Origin: Penicillus capitatus
Lineage: Eukaryota; Plantae; Chlorophyta
Assembly (NCBI GenBank): GCA_965649825.1
Contig: OZ287695.1
Span: 1,663,288 to 1,727,287, forward strand
Length of the DNA stretch: 64,000 nt
Direction of reading: 5' to 3'
Part shown: in pieces, positions 38,872 through 51,397 of the stretch
How the letters are laid out: each line of letters starts with the position of its first letter
Position numbering within the stretch: the first letter of the stretch is position 1
The notes under the pieces: model-generated
What the model saw: only the letters and a program-made list of their open reading frames with translations
The model's database searches: none
What the model was told of the DNA's origin: nothing
Program-made: the position numbers and the translations under genes

Positions 38872-39963
38872 TCATGTCGAAGCAATAATCGGAGATGATA
38901 GGGCTACTCTGTGTTCACTATACGTAGATGGAAGATCGGTTTCATGACAGAACTTCCAGTTATTCTTTGGTAATGCTGTGAAGTACATAGAGTACCAAAA
39001 CGGCCACCCGACAAACACCAAGGCGCCAACAGCATTGCCCACGATGACAGGCAGTATATTTGCATAGAAGGATCTGCTCCAGCCGATGGGGCTGACCTTG
39101 GATATCAGCCCCAAAAAGATCTGTCCGTTGGTTGCAGCTCCATGCTGAAGCCCCAGAACAGAAAACATGAAAACACAATAGAATATCCCGGCCACTCTTC
39201 CTGTCACATGTCGCGCAGAGGTGGCATTGATTACGCAGTGGCCGACGATCCAATTCGCCAGCATTGCTGAGACGAACACGACAAAGATCCCAACAATCCC
39301 ATCATCAGCATCCTACACCAAATGTCCCCCATCAGTTCAGAGGAATGCATCATTGCGTCACGCATTGTTACTTTGAGCTTATCTTGGAGAATGATACCGA
39401 GGCGCTGTTCGTCTGCCTCGTTGAAGATTTGGACGTAGACAAATAAGGCGGAGACTCCCATTGCGCCAAGAATATTGCCAATGTTCACGATGCACCAAAA
39501 CAGAGCTACTCTAGCGACGTGCGCCTTGTTGTATCCAGAGGTTAAGCTGTTCAGCAGGAAGATGGAGTACTCCACATTGACCGCACTATTGAGAATCGCC
39601 CCTGTGCGCAACGTCGCATTCCGATCCGACCAGAAAACTTTAAACCGCACCGGACAAAGAGACGACAGTGAAGCCGGCTAGGAAACCGAAGGTCACCATG
39701 AAATGCTCTACCCCCGCGCTGTTCAATCCCTGCTTGTCATGACACATCACGCAAGAGAGCGGTCGTGTTTGAAGAGATACCACGTAAAGGCGGACTCCCA
39801 TCGCGGCGCCATAGCAGAGAAGTCCTCCAGCGATGAGCGAAAGAACGAAGATTCGGATGGGATGCAGAAGCAGTTGTCCTTTGACGTTGTTGATTATTTT
39901 TCCAATGGTCTCTTTACCAACACGTCGCGCGTCGGGCTTTTCGTCGGTTATCTCAAAAGTCAT
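38872..39963 (-). CDS. Divergent formate/nitrite transporter (FNT) family channel
   Basis: LSLIAGGLLCYG, NIGNILGA, SAMLANWIVG, LGLQHG, VIVGNAVGA; about six hydrophobic helices. Confidence 0.8.
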
Positions 39964-41054
39964 ACTCCTGTAAATTACGGTCAAAACTTAGCCTGCCTCT
40001 TTAAAAGCGAGAAAAGCGTCAGCCTATACATAACGTGAAGTTCGGGCGAGCGATCATCGGTAAGGAAGTCGCGTCAGAGACGGCGGATGACAAGAGGGAA
40101 ATCGACAGAACAGGAATCGTCATCGAACTGCTGCCGCTGGTTCGTGTGTCTTTTCTCCAAGGAATTTCAGAATCTCTGCGTCGTAGAATCCGCTAAAACG
40201 AGAATTGGCGAGGCACCGGAAACCAATGCGGATTTGTCATAAACCATTTCTTAGGGCTGCTGTGTCCGAAAGCCGCCTGGACAGATGGTACTACTGCAGC
40301 GTATTCGAAGAGATTTACAGAAAAGGGCAGACAAATGACACGACCTCCCATGCAGGCCCAGTGCAGACGGCTTAGAATTTTGGACAAGCTGAAAAGGGAA
40401 ACTGAAGAGGAGGGATCTCTTCCAGAGGATGGGGGTAGAGCTCAATGACCGCTATGGATGCCACTCATTCTTGATTAATGAATCCATCGACGTTAAGGAA
40501 AAGCTAGAAAGCCGAAGACGAACCTATTGTCTTCACAGCGAAACAAAACACGGCTCAGTAACTGATCCATTCATGAATAATCTGGAAGCATTAGAAATCT
40601 GATGAACAACCGATGCCTAACTGAAGAAGGATCTGTTCCATTCAAGAACCAATGAATAGCGCCTGATAGCTGAAGAGATAGGTGAGTCCTTCACGTCGGT
40701 CAGAGGCATGTGTATCCAGATCAATCGCAAAGGGACGCAAAGGTGAGCGGCTTTCAAAAGAGTTTTCAATGACGTGACTGACGGACATGTGGAATGGATG
40801 AGAAACCACAGATGTAGATCAGTGATCTGAAACGGATGCCGTTATGGACGGCCGATTAACACATACATGTAACTGCCGTTTTCACACACACCACGTGTTC
40901 TGCATGAACGATCCCAACTGCGTTCGACAGTAGGAAAAAAAGCAGCTTGTAACTTGATGTTTGTTCCGGGGTGCTACTCTACGTGCAACGGATCCACTCT
41001 AGTGGTATCTTAACCCTGGAGCTTGTGCATCATTTGTTCTGACGTGACACAAGG

Positions 41055-42081
41055 ATGCAGGTTGCTCATCGTTTTCGTCGTGTCGAGATCGCCGGCGTTT
41101 CGGTGTAGGGAGTGTTATTTCGCTACGGGATCGAGCCATCGCAGATCGCTTTTCAGAGTGGCGCTCATCGACGTCATCTGATTCTTATTGGCGGATTGAC
41201 GGATGGACTACTAAGCTTGCCTTACGCACCAGCCCTTGCCACGGCATTGGACAACAGAAGATGGTCTCTCGTCCAAGCCCAGATTTCATCGAGTTATCAG
41301 GTCCATTCAAAAACGCCGTTGCAAGACGAGAAGGTCTGGATAAGGGATACGGTGTGGGATCTCTGGATCGCGATGCAAAAGAGCTACGTGACTTGGCCGT
41401 CTACTTAAAAGAGAAACGAAGCTGCGAGGAAGTTGCCGTCATGGGTCATTCAACAGGCTGCCAGGATGCTGTGCGCCTAATACAGCGTTATGGAAAGGAC
41501 GAAGCTTTTCCCAAGCTAACAGGCATCATTCTTCAGGCTGCGGTGTGTCTTTTGCGATCCCTTTATGTTTTACAGCATTGAGATGTCCTGCAGATAAGTG
41601 ATCAGGAGATGTACGAAACGTTTCCCGTGACAAAAGAACGTATTGCAATGGCATTAGAGATGCAGGCAGCAGGAAAAGGACACGAGATTCTCCCTCGAGA
41701 TTTTGATCATGATGACGGCGTTCCGACCTCTGCCGATAGGTACCTGTCGCTGGCTCAGAGAAGGGGAGATGATGACATGTTCAGTTCGTATCTCACAGAC
41801 GATGAGCTTAAAGTAGACACCGTGTTTTGTGAGCTTTTGTGAATACGAGGTGATACAATTGTCAGGTCCTTATGGGTCACATGGAATCTGTCAGATGTCT
41901 CATGCTGGTATCGGGAAGCGATGAGTACATGCCAGAACATGTGGATAAAGAGCAACTGGCAAAGCGACTGACAAAGGCGATGGGTCCATTAGCCACATAC
42001 AGAATCATCGAAGGCGCTGTTCATGACGCACGCGACCATTCTGAGGATGTCATCAAAGAGACACTGGAGTTTTTAGACTAG
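41055..42081 (+). CDS. DUF1749/UPF0613 alpha/beta hydrolase
   Basis: Spliced MQGVLFRYG, LIGGLTDGL, nucleophile motif GHSTGCQD, ILQAAVSD, DDDMFSS, SGSDEYMP. Confidence 0.9.
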
Positions 42082-42487
42082 TCATGCAAAGCAACAAGAC
42101 TTCTGCGTGTGTCAATTCGAACAAGGGTAATTTTGGGACTCTAGTGAATAAGAGGGAGCAAATGTTTCCAGCTGCCCCTTTTGCCAGATACAATCGCATG
42201 CTTCGCGAGTCTCTTCTCAAAAAAAGCTATCTACCAAAAACAGTGCTTGCTGTCACCAGCAAATCATCAGTCTTATATCGTTGTTCAACATCAAAGGGGC
42301 CTGTCAAGGGCGAAGACGGTTAGAAGCGGCGTTTGGCGTTTTCAGACGGTATTGTTTTGGCAAAGCCTGTGCCCTGGAGAGGCAGACAGATTGCATTTCT
42401 TGAACAGTAGAGATCCAAAGTGTCTCAGGGAAGAGGATGCGCTTGCTTCTCCTTGTCGCTGTTATAGTTGAGTGACAACCTGCTTGC

Positions 42488-43750
42488 TCAATTGGAGACC
42501 ATAGACTGAGCCTCCTTGCTAAAACCGTCGCCCGTCCAATCTGAATCCGTCACGAGTCTCTTCTGTGCAGCCTTTTTCTCTTTTCTTAACTTCTCCTGGA
42601 TCTGTACAAGTCTTGCATGTGTTGTGACATATGGCAGTGCTGTTCCTCTGAAGTCTTCAATCGTTTGAAAATCGTGTTTCTGCATAAACGCCTGCAATCC
42701 ACCACAAAGCTTCTGGATCACTCCATAGCCATGCACCATGATTCCTGTACAGACTTGGACAGTATTGGCTCCCAGCAATAAGAATTCGGCAGCGTCTGAT
42801 CCAGATCCAACGCCGCCGATGGCTGAGAGAGATTTCTCCCCTTGAAAATCATTTTGAATCATCGTCGCGCATTTTTGGACATGTGCAAGGGCAATGGGCT
42901 TTACAGCTTTGAAGGAATAACCTCCAGGAGTCGTATAGCCACCGACACTTGGTTGAGGCTTCAGCGTCTCCAAATCCACCCCCATGATCGAAGAAATCGT
43001 ATTGATGGCTGATATCCCACTGCATCCACTGCCAAGAGCTGCACGCGCCGGTTCTCTAATGTCTGTGATATTCGGCGTCATTTTTGCCCAGACAGGAACA
43101 GTCGCCTTCTCGCAAATCCATCTGCTGACTTCCTGCAGCATTTCTGGACACTGACCCATAACCATTCCCATGCCCATCTCCGGCAAACCGTGTGGACATG
43201 AAAAATTGATTTCGATGCCATTCACACCTGTGGCTTCGACGCGCTCAATGAGCTCTTCCCATGCTTCCCTTTTGTTTTTCTCCATGATCGACGCAAACAA
43301 TATGCGATCTGGATACTCGTCCCGCAGTCTTTTCATATCTTCTAGCATAGTCTCGAGGGGACGGTCACTTGTGAGTTCAATGTTCTCCCATCCAACGACT
43401 TCTGCCCGATCTCCAGCATGTAACTGAGCGTAACGTGGGGTCACGTTGTGAATGGCTGAGGCATCGAGAGTCAACGATTTGCAGATGACGCCTCCCCAGC
43501 CTTCATCGAATGCCCGCTTCATCACTGCGTAGTTTGTTCCAGGAGGACCGCTTGCGACGACGAAGGGATTTGGCAGTGTCAGGCCACCCACAGAGACGGC
43601 GAGACTCGGGCCATCGACGGGCACCCCGTTTGAGATCTTCACGGATGGTTCTGGTTGGCGACTGCCGTTTTTTCGCGCCGCGATAATCGTCAGTCGCCTA
43701 GAACGATGAATGCGGAGTGGTTTGTGTGAAATTCTCGCCGAGAGTTTCAT
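42488..43750 (-). CDS. PYD1: Dihydropyrimidine dehydrogenase (plant/plastid type), intronless
   Basis: NPFVVASGPPGTN, GWENIELTSDR, EINFSCPHG, VWAKMTPN, SAINT, TPGGYS, VQVCTG. Confidence 0.97.
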   Translation of the reverse strand: MKLSARISHKPLRIHRSRRLTIIAARKNGSRQPEPSVKISNGVPVDGPSLAVSVGGLTLPNPFVVASGPPGTNYAVMKRAFDEGWGGVICKSLTLDASAIHNVTPRYAQLHAGDRAEVVGWENIELTSDRPLETMLEDMKRLRDEYPDRILFASIMEKNKREAWEELIERVEATGVNGIEINFSCPHGLPEMGMGMVMGQCPEMLQEVSRWICEKATVPVWAKMTPNITDIREPARAALGSGCSGISAINTISSIMGVDLETLKPQPSVGGYTTPGGYSFKAVKPIALAHVQKCATMIQNDFQGEKSLSAIGGVGSGSDAAEFLLLGANTVQVCTGIMVHGYGVIQKLCGGLQAFMQKHDFQTIEDFRGTALPYVTTHARLVQIQEKLRKEKKAAQKRLVTDSDWTGDGFSKEAQSMVSN

Positions 43751-44610
43751 CGTAAAGAGATAGAGTACGTATTTTTGTCAGGCACACGCTCATGGTGGAC
43801 CGTCGATGTGACGTGCGCATCTTGGCAGAAAGTCAGGTCAAGTCAGTCGGTATTCGCGAGATACTATGCTCATTCTCGTCGTGTTATAGTTCGTTCTCGT
43901 GCCAATGACGCGATTTATAGACGACTTACATAGACCCCACAATTCATCTTATCACGTTATCAGCCAGCCACTCTGTGAGTCTGTGCCGCCAAACTTATCC
44001 GCGGTAAAACGTTTCCTAATGCGTTTTATCGAACACCGTACAAGAATCTATCTCACTCGTCTACCGTGATGGGACGTTTCTACCAGCCACATGCAAAATC
44101 ACTGGGTAGAGGCCACTTTTGATCAACACTCCCAATTTCTGCGACTTAGATGTTTGCGGATACATGCGTTTCACCATCATGCGTGATCGAAACTCCGATG
44201 GACTCCTTTTACTGGAACTGCCAACGCGCGAGAGAAACCAGGGATCAAAATCATCAAATCTCGATAACGTCCTTGCTTCTAGACAAACATCAAAGGACTG
44301 GGTGAAGGCCACCGTTGCTTTTCTGCGACATTAGGAATACTTGATGTCTACAATGTACACACATCAACTGCGAGTGACCTGTTCACTCAGTTACTAAGCG
44401 TCAAGACTTATTCCGGGCACACAGGACCGAAAGTCACTTCCCATTGACGTATGGACACAGAACCTTCTGTCGCCATCATTAGTAAGACCAAATTTCTAGA
44501 CGCAGAAAAGTGAGCGTACGAAGGCAGTCTTCAGCAACTGCCTCGTTATGAAATACTGTTTGTCAGAAAGAGAGAAACAACAAATGCGAAGAAACTGCCT
44601 AACGTCAGGA

Positions 44611-45661
44611 TTATGCTTCTGTTCCTAAAAATCGATGGGCCACGAGCCATTCTTGAATCATATCTCTCAAGACAAGGTTGGGGTAGAGGTGGTCGATTTT
44701 CAAAGGTGCTTGAGTAGCGGGGTCCGTGTGATGGGCTTCGATCCAATTCGCGAGGGACTGACGATCGTATGTGATGCCAGATGGTGAGACAACTGGCTGT
44801 GTCATGAGTTCCATCGAGATGGGACAAAGAAAAGAGCGTGGCACACTCGTGACAAGACGGCGTTGGTCTTCAGGACAAGTGAGATGTAGATCAATGGCAG
44901 GCGGCTGGACGCTCGTATTCAGCAGAGGCTGCTTTTCTCGAAAGGCAGATTCCACTTCCAACCGACGAATCAAAATCTGCACCAGCGAGAAGGATGAAGA
45001 TCATAGAAGAGTGAAAAGGTCACAGTACTTTATCTGCGAGACCTGCAATGCCATGATGATCATTCCAGTACTGATCCACCTGAAAAAGAGTGAGATTCAA
45101 AATGTGATGCCGGATCTGTGTGTACCTTTGCTGTGGCCGTCCAGAGGCGACGGTCTAGACTCCATTGCCAGATTTTGCACTGGGCGTCACCACTGAGGCT
45201 CCCTCTCGCCATTCTCAGATAAAGCTTTGCGCCGCCACGTGTCCTGCGAGTGTAGACACCGTGCTTGTCCGGCTGTCCGAGGTCCTGTCCAACAAGTCCA
45301 GCAGACCCGAGACCCTGTGGACGAGAATCGATACCGTGTCGATATTTCCTGTCCGTACCTGCTGCGCAATTTTCCATACGCGTTCTATAAACCTCTTCGA
45401 CTCGTTCCAGTTCTCCCACAAACCCAGACACGTTCGCACAATGGAGTAGACTCCCACACCCGCGAGTGTCAGATTGAAACAGCAAGCAGCATACCACGCA
45501 TATACACTTGCCACTGTGTTGCTGGAACGGACATCTCCTGTTCCCGACAAGGAATTCACGAAAAGTGTGATGGTGTAAATGCCGAGGACGTATGGAAGCC
45601 AAAAAGGTAAACGCTCCAGAATGGCTTTGCCATGGCGATCGACACAACTCTTATTTATCAT
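44611..45661 (-). CDS. U-box E3 ligase with N-terminal transmembrane segments
   Basis: FLCPISMELMTQPVVSPSGITYDR..TDPAT..LYPNLVL; two hydrophobic segments in the upstream exon. Confidence 0.82.
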
Positions 45662-45727
45662 GACCAGGAGAGCGCGTTTGTCAGCGTGCCAAGGTACAAT
45701 GTCGACAGTACTGGCCACAGACAGGAG

Positions 45728-45740
45728 GGTGACGCGTGCC
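45728..45740 (+). promoter_or_regulatory. Candidate promoter-proximal element GGTGACGCGTGCC (copy 1)
   Basis: Identical 13-mer at 56819-56831; both copies lie just upstream of an ATG. Confidence 0.35.
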
Positions 45741-45774
45741 GATTAATGTCTTCAATACTCGCATTGTGAGCCGG

Positions 45775-47852
45775 ATGATGAGGTCCAAAACGATCCCCAA
45801 CGAGGCGTCTGGAATCTTGTCGATGGACACTCGCGTATGGAAACGGCGTTTGGATGTGTTCTATGGATGGCTAACGAGACCCGTCCACGCCTCCTCTCTC
45901 TGCCTTTTCCGCATCGTCTACGCCTACGTCATGATGGCCCAGATTCTGAAATGGAGCGACATGTTTGAAAAATTCCAAGTGACTCTCGCCTATCACGTCC
46001 ATGCCTCATGCGCGTCTGCAGATGAGCATCTATACGTTGCACTACCCAGGGGTGGGTTGGATCAAACCGGTATCTCCGTTCATGGGAGATATGATGCTGA
46101 CAGTCTGTTTCTTTTCATCCGTGGCATTGGGCATTGGATTTATGACCCGGATCGCATCTATTACGAACTTCCTCGTCTTTGCTTATCTCTTTCACATCTG
46201 TCATTCCAACTACAACAATCATTATGTTCTGATGTGCCACATTAATTTCGTGGGGTGCTTTGTGAACTGGGGGACGTGGGGATCACTGGATGCATTTCTG
46301 AAGAAGCGCCATAGAAAGCCGACAGAGAACACCGTTCCCTATTGGCATTTGTGGTTGATGCAGTTGCTCTTCTGTGTTCCGTACTTCTGGGGATCGGTGG
46401 CAAAGATGAACAACGACTGGCTTTTCCGAGCACAGCCACTCATTCGCTGGTTTTCCAAGAAGAACGGATGGCTCTATCGCCAATGGTGGTTCCCTTGGTT
46501 CATCGCCTGGTCCGGCATGGGCTACGATTTCACTGTGTGTCTTCCTTCACAAGTCTTTCCTGCCGCACATGTTTTCTCCTAGATCTCTTTTCTCCTCTTC
46601 TGGAAGAAAACGCGATTCATAATGGGATTCCCAGGCGCCTTCGTTTTTAACATCTCCAATAAGATGATGTTTGTTGCTCTCTGCTGGAAATCGTTTTTGA
46701 GCGGCGGTTTTTCTTTAGGTTCAACATCGGGGTCTTCCCGTTTGCCATGATGGCCTCTCTCGTGCTTTTCTTGGATCCAGACCATCCAGCAAAATGGTGG
46801 AAGATTGTCGTGGAGCCGCCATCCTTGCCATCGACAGAAACGCCGCCGGGATCGGAACCGGATACAACACAAAAGAACGAGATCAAAGTCATCGTGATCC
46901 AGCTGATGAGCACGGAAAGCATTCTCTGTTTCTGTCCAGTCGAAGCCTCCAGCGATGGGACAGGCGTCGAAAAAGCGTTATGTGCTGACCTTTGTGATAG
47001 GGTTCTTGCTCTTCCATTCACTCTATCCTCTGCGACACTTTGCCCTGTATAAATCAAATCCTTCCTGGACAGAAGAGGGGCACACAGGTCACTCAGAAAG
47101 GGCTGATCTGTTCAAAAGACGGTGTGATTTAGGAGCTTGGCATATGAAGCTGCGTTCCAAACATGGATGGGTATATCTCGAGTTCATCGAAGAGAACGGC
47201 AACAAGACCAAGCTCTCTCCCAGACTGGATCCTTTTATTGGCAGCTCGCAGCTTCGCAAAGTCGAGACGCGTCCAGACGATTTGCTCAGCTACGCTGCAC
47301 GTCTCCGTCAAGTTTTTGACGAAGCGAAACGTCCAGTGAAAACCATCCAGTCTGTTCAATCACAACCCGTTTGGCTTCTCTTAACACTTTTGATGCACGC
47401 AGTGTCTACAGTTGTTTTTCTCTGAACGTGAATTCTCCTCGGGAGCTCTACATCACCGCCGCCAACCTATTGGACTACATAGGTGGTCACCCTCCAGTTG
47501 ATTTCTCAAAAGATTGCATCCGAATGATCTGCAGGAAAGTATGAGTGGATTGGTGTGTCGGGTGTTAACAGGTGGATTCACGCATTCGATGAGGCACCCG
47601 CCTGTGATCGCCGAGACCCCATCAAGGAAACGCGAGAGATCGCAGAGGAAGTCATGACCAATTATGAGTCTCTCATACCTTCCTTGTCGCTTCCGGGATC
47701 TTCTTTGTCTCTCTAGGAAACTCTATAGCGAAGCGCACTTGTACACAGGACACGAACTTGATCTCTTTCCCAGTCAATCGAGATATGTGTACTATGTCCG
47801 AGACGTCGAGAAAAAGGAAGGTTATACGCCAGGCTATGTCTGGAAGATGTGA
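45775..47852 (+). CDS. Vitamin K-dependent gamma-carboxylase-like protein (HTTM domain plus carboxylase C-terminal domain)
   Basis: ASSLCLFRIVY, YNNHYVL, VPYWHL, YFWGSVAKMNNDW, GYDF, FNIGVFPF, WTEEGH..WHMKLRSK. Confidence 0.88.
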
Positions 47853-47964
47853 TCGGTGGCTGCTTCGCAGCGTTGTCGCTATCTCTCATTCGATTCCGTC
47901 ACTTTCCGTGTTGAATTATTTTTTGAAGATTAAAAAAGTGAAGGCTGGCGGCGGAATGGCGTTC

Positions 47965-48644
47965 TTATTTCTCAGTGTCTTGCTTTTCGACAACTACAAT
48001 GTCCTCAACGGGCTCATCGTCCAAAACAAAACTGGCCAGATGTTCATCTCCTACATTCGGAACAGTCAAAGGCGGCGGCGGAGAGCAGATCTCACCGAAA
48101 ATGACGTTGCTCCCCACGTTCAATGCCTGCGCTTGCATAGGCATCAGCTCTTCTTTGTCGATGTAGGTCCCATTCGTGCTCTCCAAATCCGTCACCGTCA
48201 CAGACGATTCGGCTAAACATGTCGCATTGTTCTCATTAGTTCAAGTGACAGAAGGCGACGTACTGATTCTCAGCAACGCATGGCGCCCAGAGACCGTCGG
48301 AATGGGGAGGACGATATCGACAGGAGCCTCGCGTCCCACTTCAAACACCCCTGGCCGCAAAGGGAAGTCTCTGAAAACTGGAACCGGACCACCGCCTAGA
48401 TGCTCGGTTGTACCATCCCCTGTATACCCTTCACTCTGGAAGTGTCCACATCGAACGGGGATGACTACCGACAGGACGCAGAACGAAACGGTTGTCGATT
48501 GCCAATCGCGACAATCGTGCCAGGCGAGCCGTATCTAAATACAGAGAGGTTTTGAGGCGCAGCGTGCGATCGTTGTCTTCAACGTTGTTTGCTGCGGGTG
48601 TTTTTGATCGGTGATCCGCGGATGAGCCGAAGTTGGGTGATCAT
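47965..48644 (-). CDS. Plastid FHA-domain protein
   Basis: Spliced RFVLRPVGDGTTEHLG, FEVGRE, PTVSGRHA, VTDLESTNGT, VIFGDEHLASF; transit peptide. Confidence 0.85.
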
Positions 48645-48799
48645 CGTCGTTTCGGTACAGGTCAGAGATCCATCTGAAGGTCACGTCGCGTTACATTACG
48701 CGACGTATCCATCGCACACGCGTCGCGCGAATGGCAGATCAACGCAGAACGCCTGCTATTTTCAACGTGTCTGTTTTTTCAGTTTATGAATGATTCTCT

Positions 48800-50725
48800 C
48801 TACTGATCTTTCTTTGAAGGTAGAGGACGCGCCACCTCTGGCGTGCGTCCATAATTGCCAGGAACGATCAGACTACAGACATGTCGCTCAAATGCCGTTT
48901 GCGGAGAATGGCCACTGGCAAAGCGGAAAGAGTCTTTGCTAGATGCCACCACAGAATCCAGTTTTTTCTCGATATAAGCATCCATGCGTTTCTGCTCTGC
49001 TGCAAAGACTTTCATATAACGCTCCGTTTTCTAAGAAACGACACACATTCCTGAGCATGCCTTTGGATTTGCACCTTGAGATGCTTTGTCAGCGTATAGA
49101 GCTGATCAACGTCGACCGTGAGAGTATTCTGTGTGGTCATGCAGGTACGGAACACGAGAAATGCACTGATGCAGATGCAGGAGAACTGAATGAGCCATCC
49201 GACACGGAATCCAGAACCGAACACCGTCACCATCGTTTCAAACCAACCTCCCTGCAGAACAGCCTCGAACAGAACGCCGAACGAACAGAAGACGGACGTC
49301 TGAATCCAGAAAGCTGACATGGTTCCATGTGTCACACAGAAAGCGATGAATGAGTAGTCCAGCGCAGAAAACGGCAAATACGGGTCCCCCTGCGGCATGG
49401 GTCTTCCGGACGTTTCCCAATGACAGCCCCACAACCATGCCCATGATGTAGACAGCGAGATCGTAGAACTTAAAGGATCTGCCCAACACTTGTCGTATGG
49501 CCTTTTCGGTTTTGGCTTCATAGTCAAGGAGTTTCACCAGGGTGCCCTGGAGATCGTTTGAGCGAGACATGAGTGTCTCGGAAGTGGACAGCAAGTGATC
49601 CTTGACACACAGAACTGCCTCTTCTGCGAAAAACGGCGAAACAGGACCTGCATTTCTTGATACCTCTGTTGCCAGACCATCATCTTCTGCTGAAATTCCT
49701 CGAACATCTGCATCCAGGCCAGGGCATCCCATATATCCCTCCTTTCTATCCTTGCCTACCTGAAAATGCGATTCCACTCTCAATGCACGTGCCGCTTCCA
49801 TGGCCTCATGCGTCTCATGCCCCTCCAGTAACTGAAGTTGGCGATTGTAGAGCATGGTCTACATAAAACGGCAGCATGAGAGAAGGCATCCATATAGGGT
49901 TGATGTCTGACTTCGACTTCCAGAGAGGCATGCATCTGTTCCTCCAAACGTGCTGTCGATCGTTGGAGATCCACCACTTCTTGTATGCCGCGTGTGACTC
50001 CTTCTTCCACCAATTTCTGCATTCGACTCACTTCGACGATCTGAGTCGAAACGCCACTCAATTGTCCCTCTTGCTGATCGATCTTAGCCCTGATCTCCTT
50101 CATCTTGCCAAACATATCATTCGTGCTGCGATACAGCTGCTGCACCAAATGTTCCGTCTGCTTCTGAAAATTATCGTTCTCCAGAAAAATGCAGATACTA
50201 CAGCCAACACCCAAAGATCCATCGAATCATGGTTTCTGGATGCACATGTGTAAAAACGGACTTGTAGATGTTGATGAAAAAATGCTGATAGGTCGAGAAG
50301 GATTCTTCGTCCATCGACGAAGTACAGTCACGAATGTGCGTTCCTGTGCATCGCATGGTTGGACGTCCCGAGTTATCCAAGAAGCAATTCGTGATGAGGA
50401 ACGCCAGTGTTGCATGCTCGTCCGGTGTCATCAACTTGCATCCCTTATCCAACGAACGTACGGCACGCGAATAGCAATCCGTGCCGAAGATATAGTCCAC
50501 AACCGACTCTGTCTGCGCAGCGTCCTTGATCTTGTTGTACGCCTCTGGGGACAACGCGCTTTGTCATTGATTCCGGAGAACGACGCCGTCGCCATTGTTA
50601 CCTTTGCCATGTTTTACGGAATCGACCGGGTAGGACTGATAGGCGTTGGCGCCGTCTGCTGGGACGATGCTGGCGATGATCGAGAGAAGACAGAGACGTG
50701 CGAAGAGGAACAGGAAACGCGACAT
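48800..50725 (-). CDS. GEX1: GEX1/KAR5/Brambleberry nuclear fusion protein
   Basis: Signal peptide, Cys-rich domain (DCYSRAVRSLDKGC..LAFLITNCFLDNSGRPTMRC..DCTSSMD..YQHFF), coiled coil, three TM segments. Exact 3' end uncertain. Confidence 0.85.
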
Positions 50726-50760
50726 TCGCTCCGAACGATACGTGAAAGAAGTGTACGACG

Positions 50761-51397
50761 ATGTTCTCCGTTCGACCGTGTCGTCTGCCACGACGCACCT
50801 CCTTGCAGACATGCGCTCTCTTCGGCGGGTAAGACAAAAGCAAACGGTCCTCTGTCCTCGACCATACAATACGATGCAGTGAGAATAGAGAGGCAGAAAA
50901 AGAGGAGATGTGGAAACGGCAGCAAGAGATTCTCGCGGAGCGACGCTCTGGATCGCGTAAATCGATCAACGAAGCGGAGAAACGCCGTCAACGTGTCCGA
51001 CAAGAAGTTGATTGTCCACGGCCTTCTCGAGTGCTCACTGCATTCCGCAGATTCAAGAGAAGGAAGATGAAAAGCGACAGTGGCGTGAGGCGTTGGCTCG
51101 AGGAGAGAAACCAAAGAAAAAACCGAGAGTGAGCCCAAACAGCACTCGTTCGCATCTCGGTGATGTGACGTGTGTGATTAGGAGGTATACTCTGCCGAAG
51201 ACAACGAGCTGGGCATCGTTATTCCTTTGGCGCCGTTCGGCATTCCGAAGTTTGACAACGGCGAACGCTTTGATCTTCGTTTGCCGTACGTCGAAGAAGG
51301 ATGGGTGGATGAAGATGCCGATCCATTCAAATGGATCAAGAACGTCTTCAACAAAGGAAAAGATAAAAAAGAGGATGCAGAGGAGGAGGAGTCCTAA
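50761..51397 (+). CDS. Plastid-targeted protein of unknown function, probably conserved in the green lineage
   Basis: Spliced MFSVRPCRLPRRTSLQTCALFGGENREAEKEEMWKRQQEILAERR; C-terminal GIVIPLAPFGIPKFDNGERFDLRLPYVEEGWVDEDAD. Confidence 0.65.

Noticed and set aside
40335-40448. 37-codon ORF MTRPPMQAQCRRLRILDKLKRE in the ~1 kb intergenic gap
   Set aside because: Too short, with no motif or splice support.
40600-40680. C/D-box snoRNA-like TGATGA...CTGA
   Set aside because: Imperfect box C, no terminal stem, and no convincing rRNA-complementary guide of 10 nt or more.
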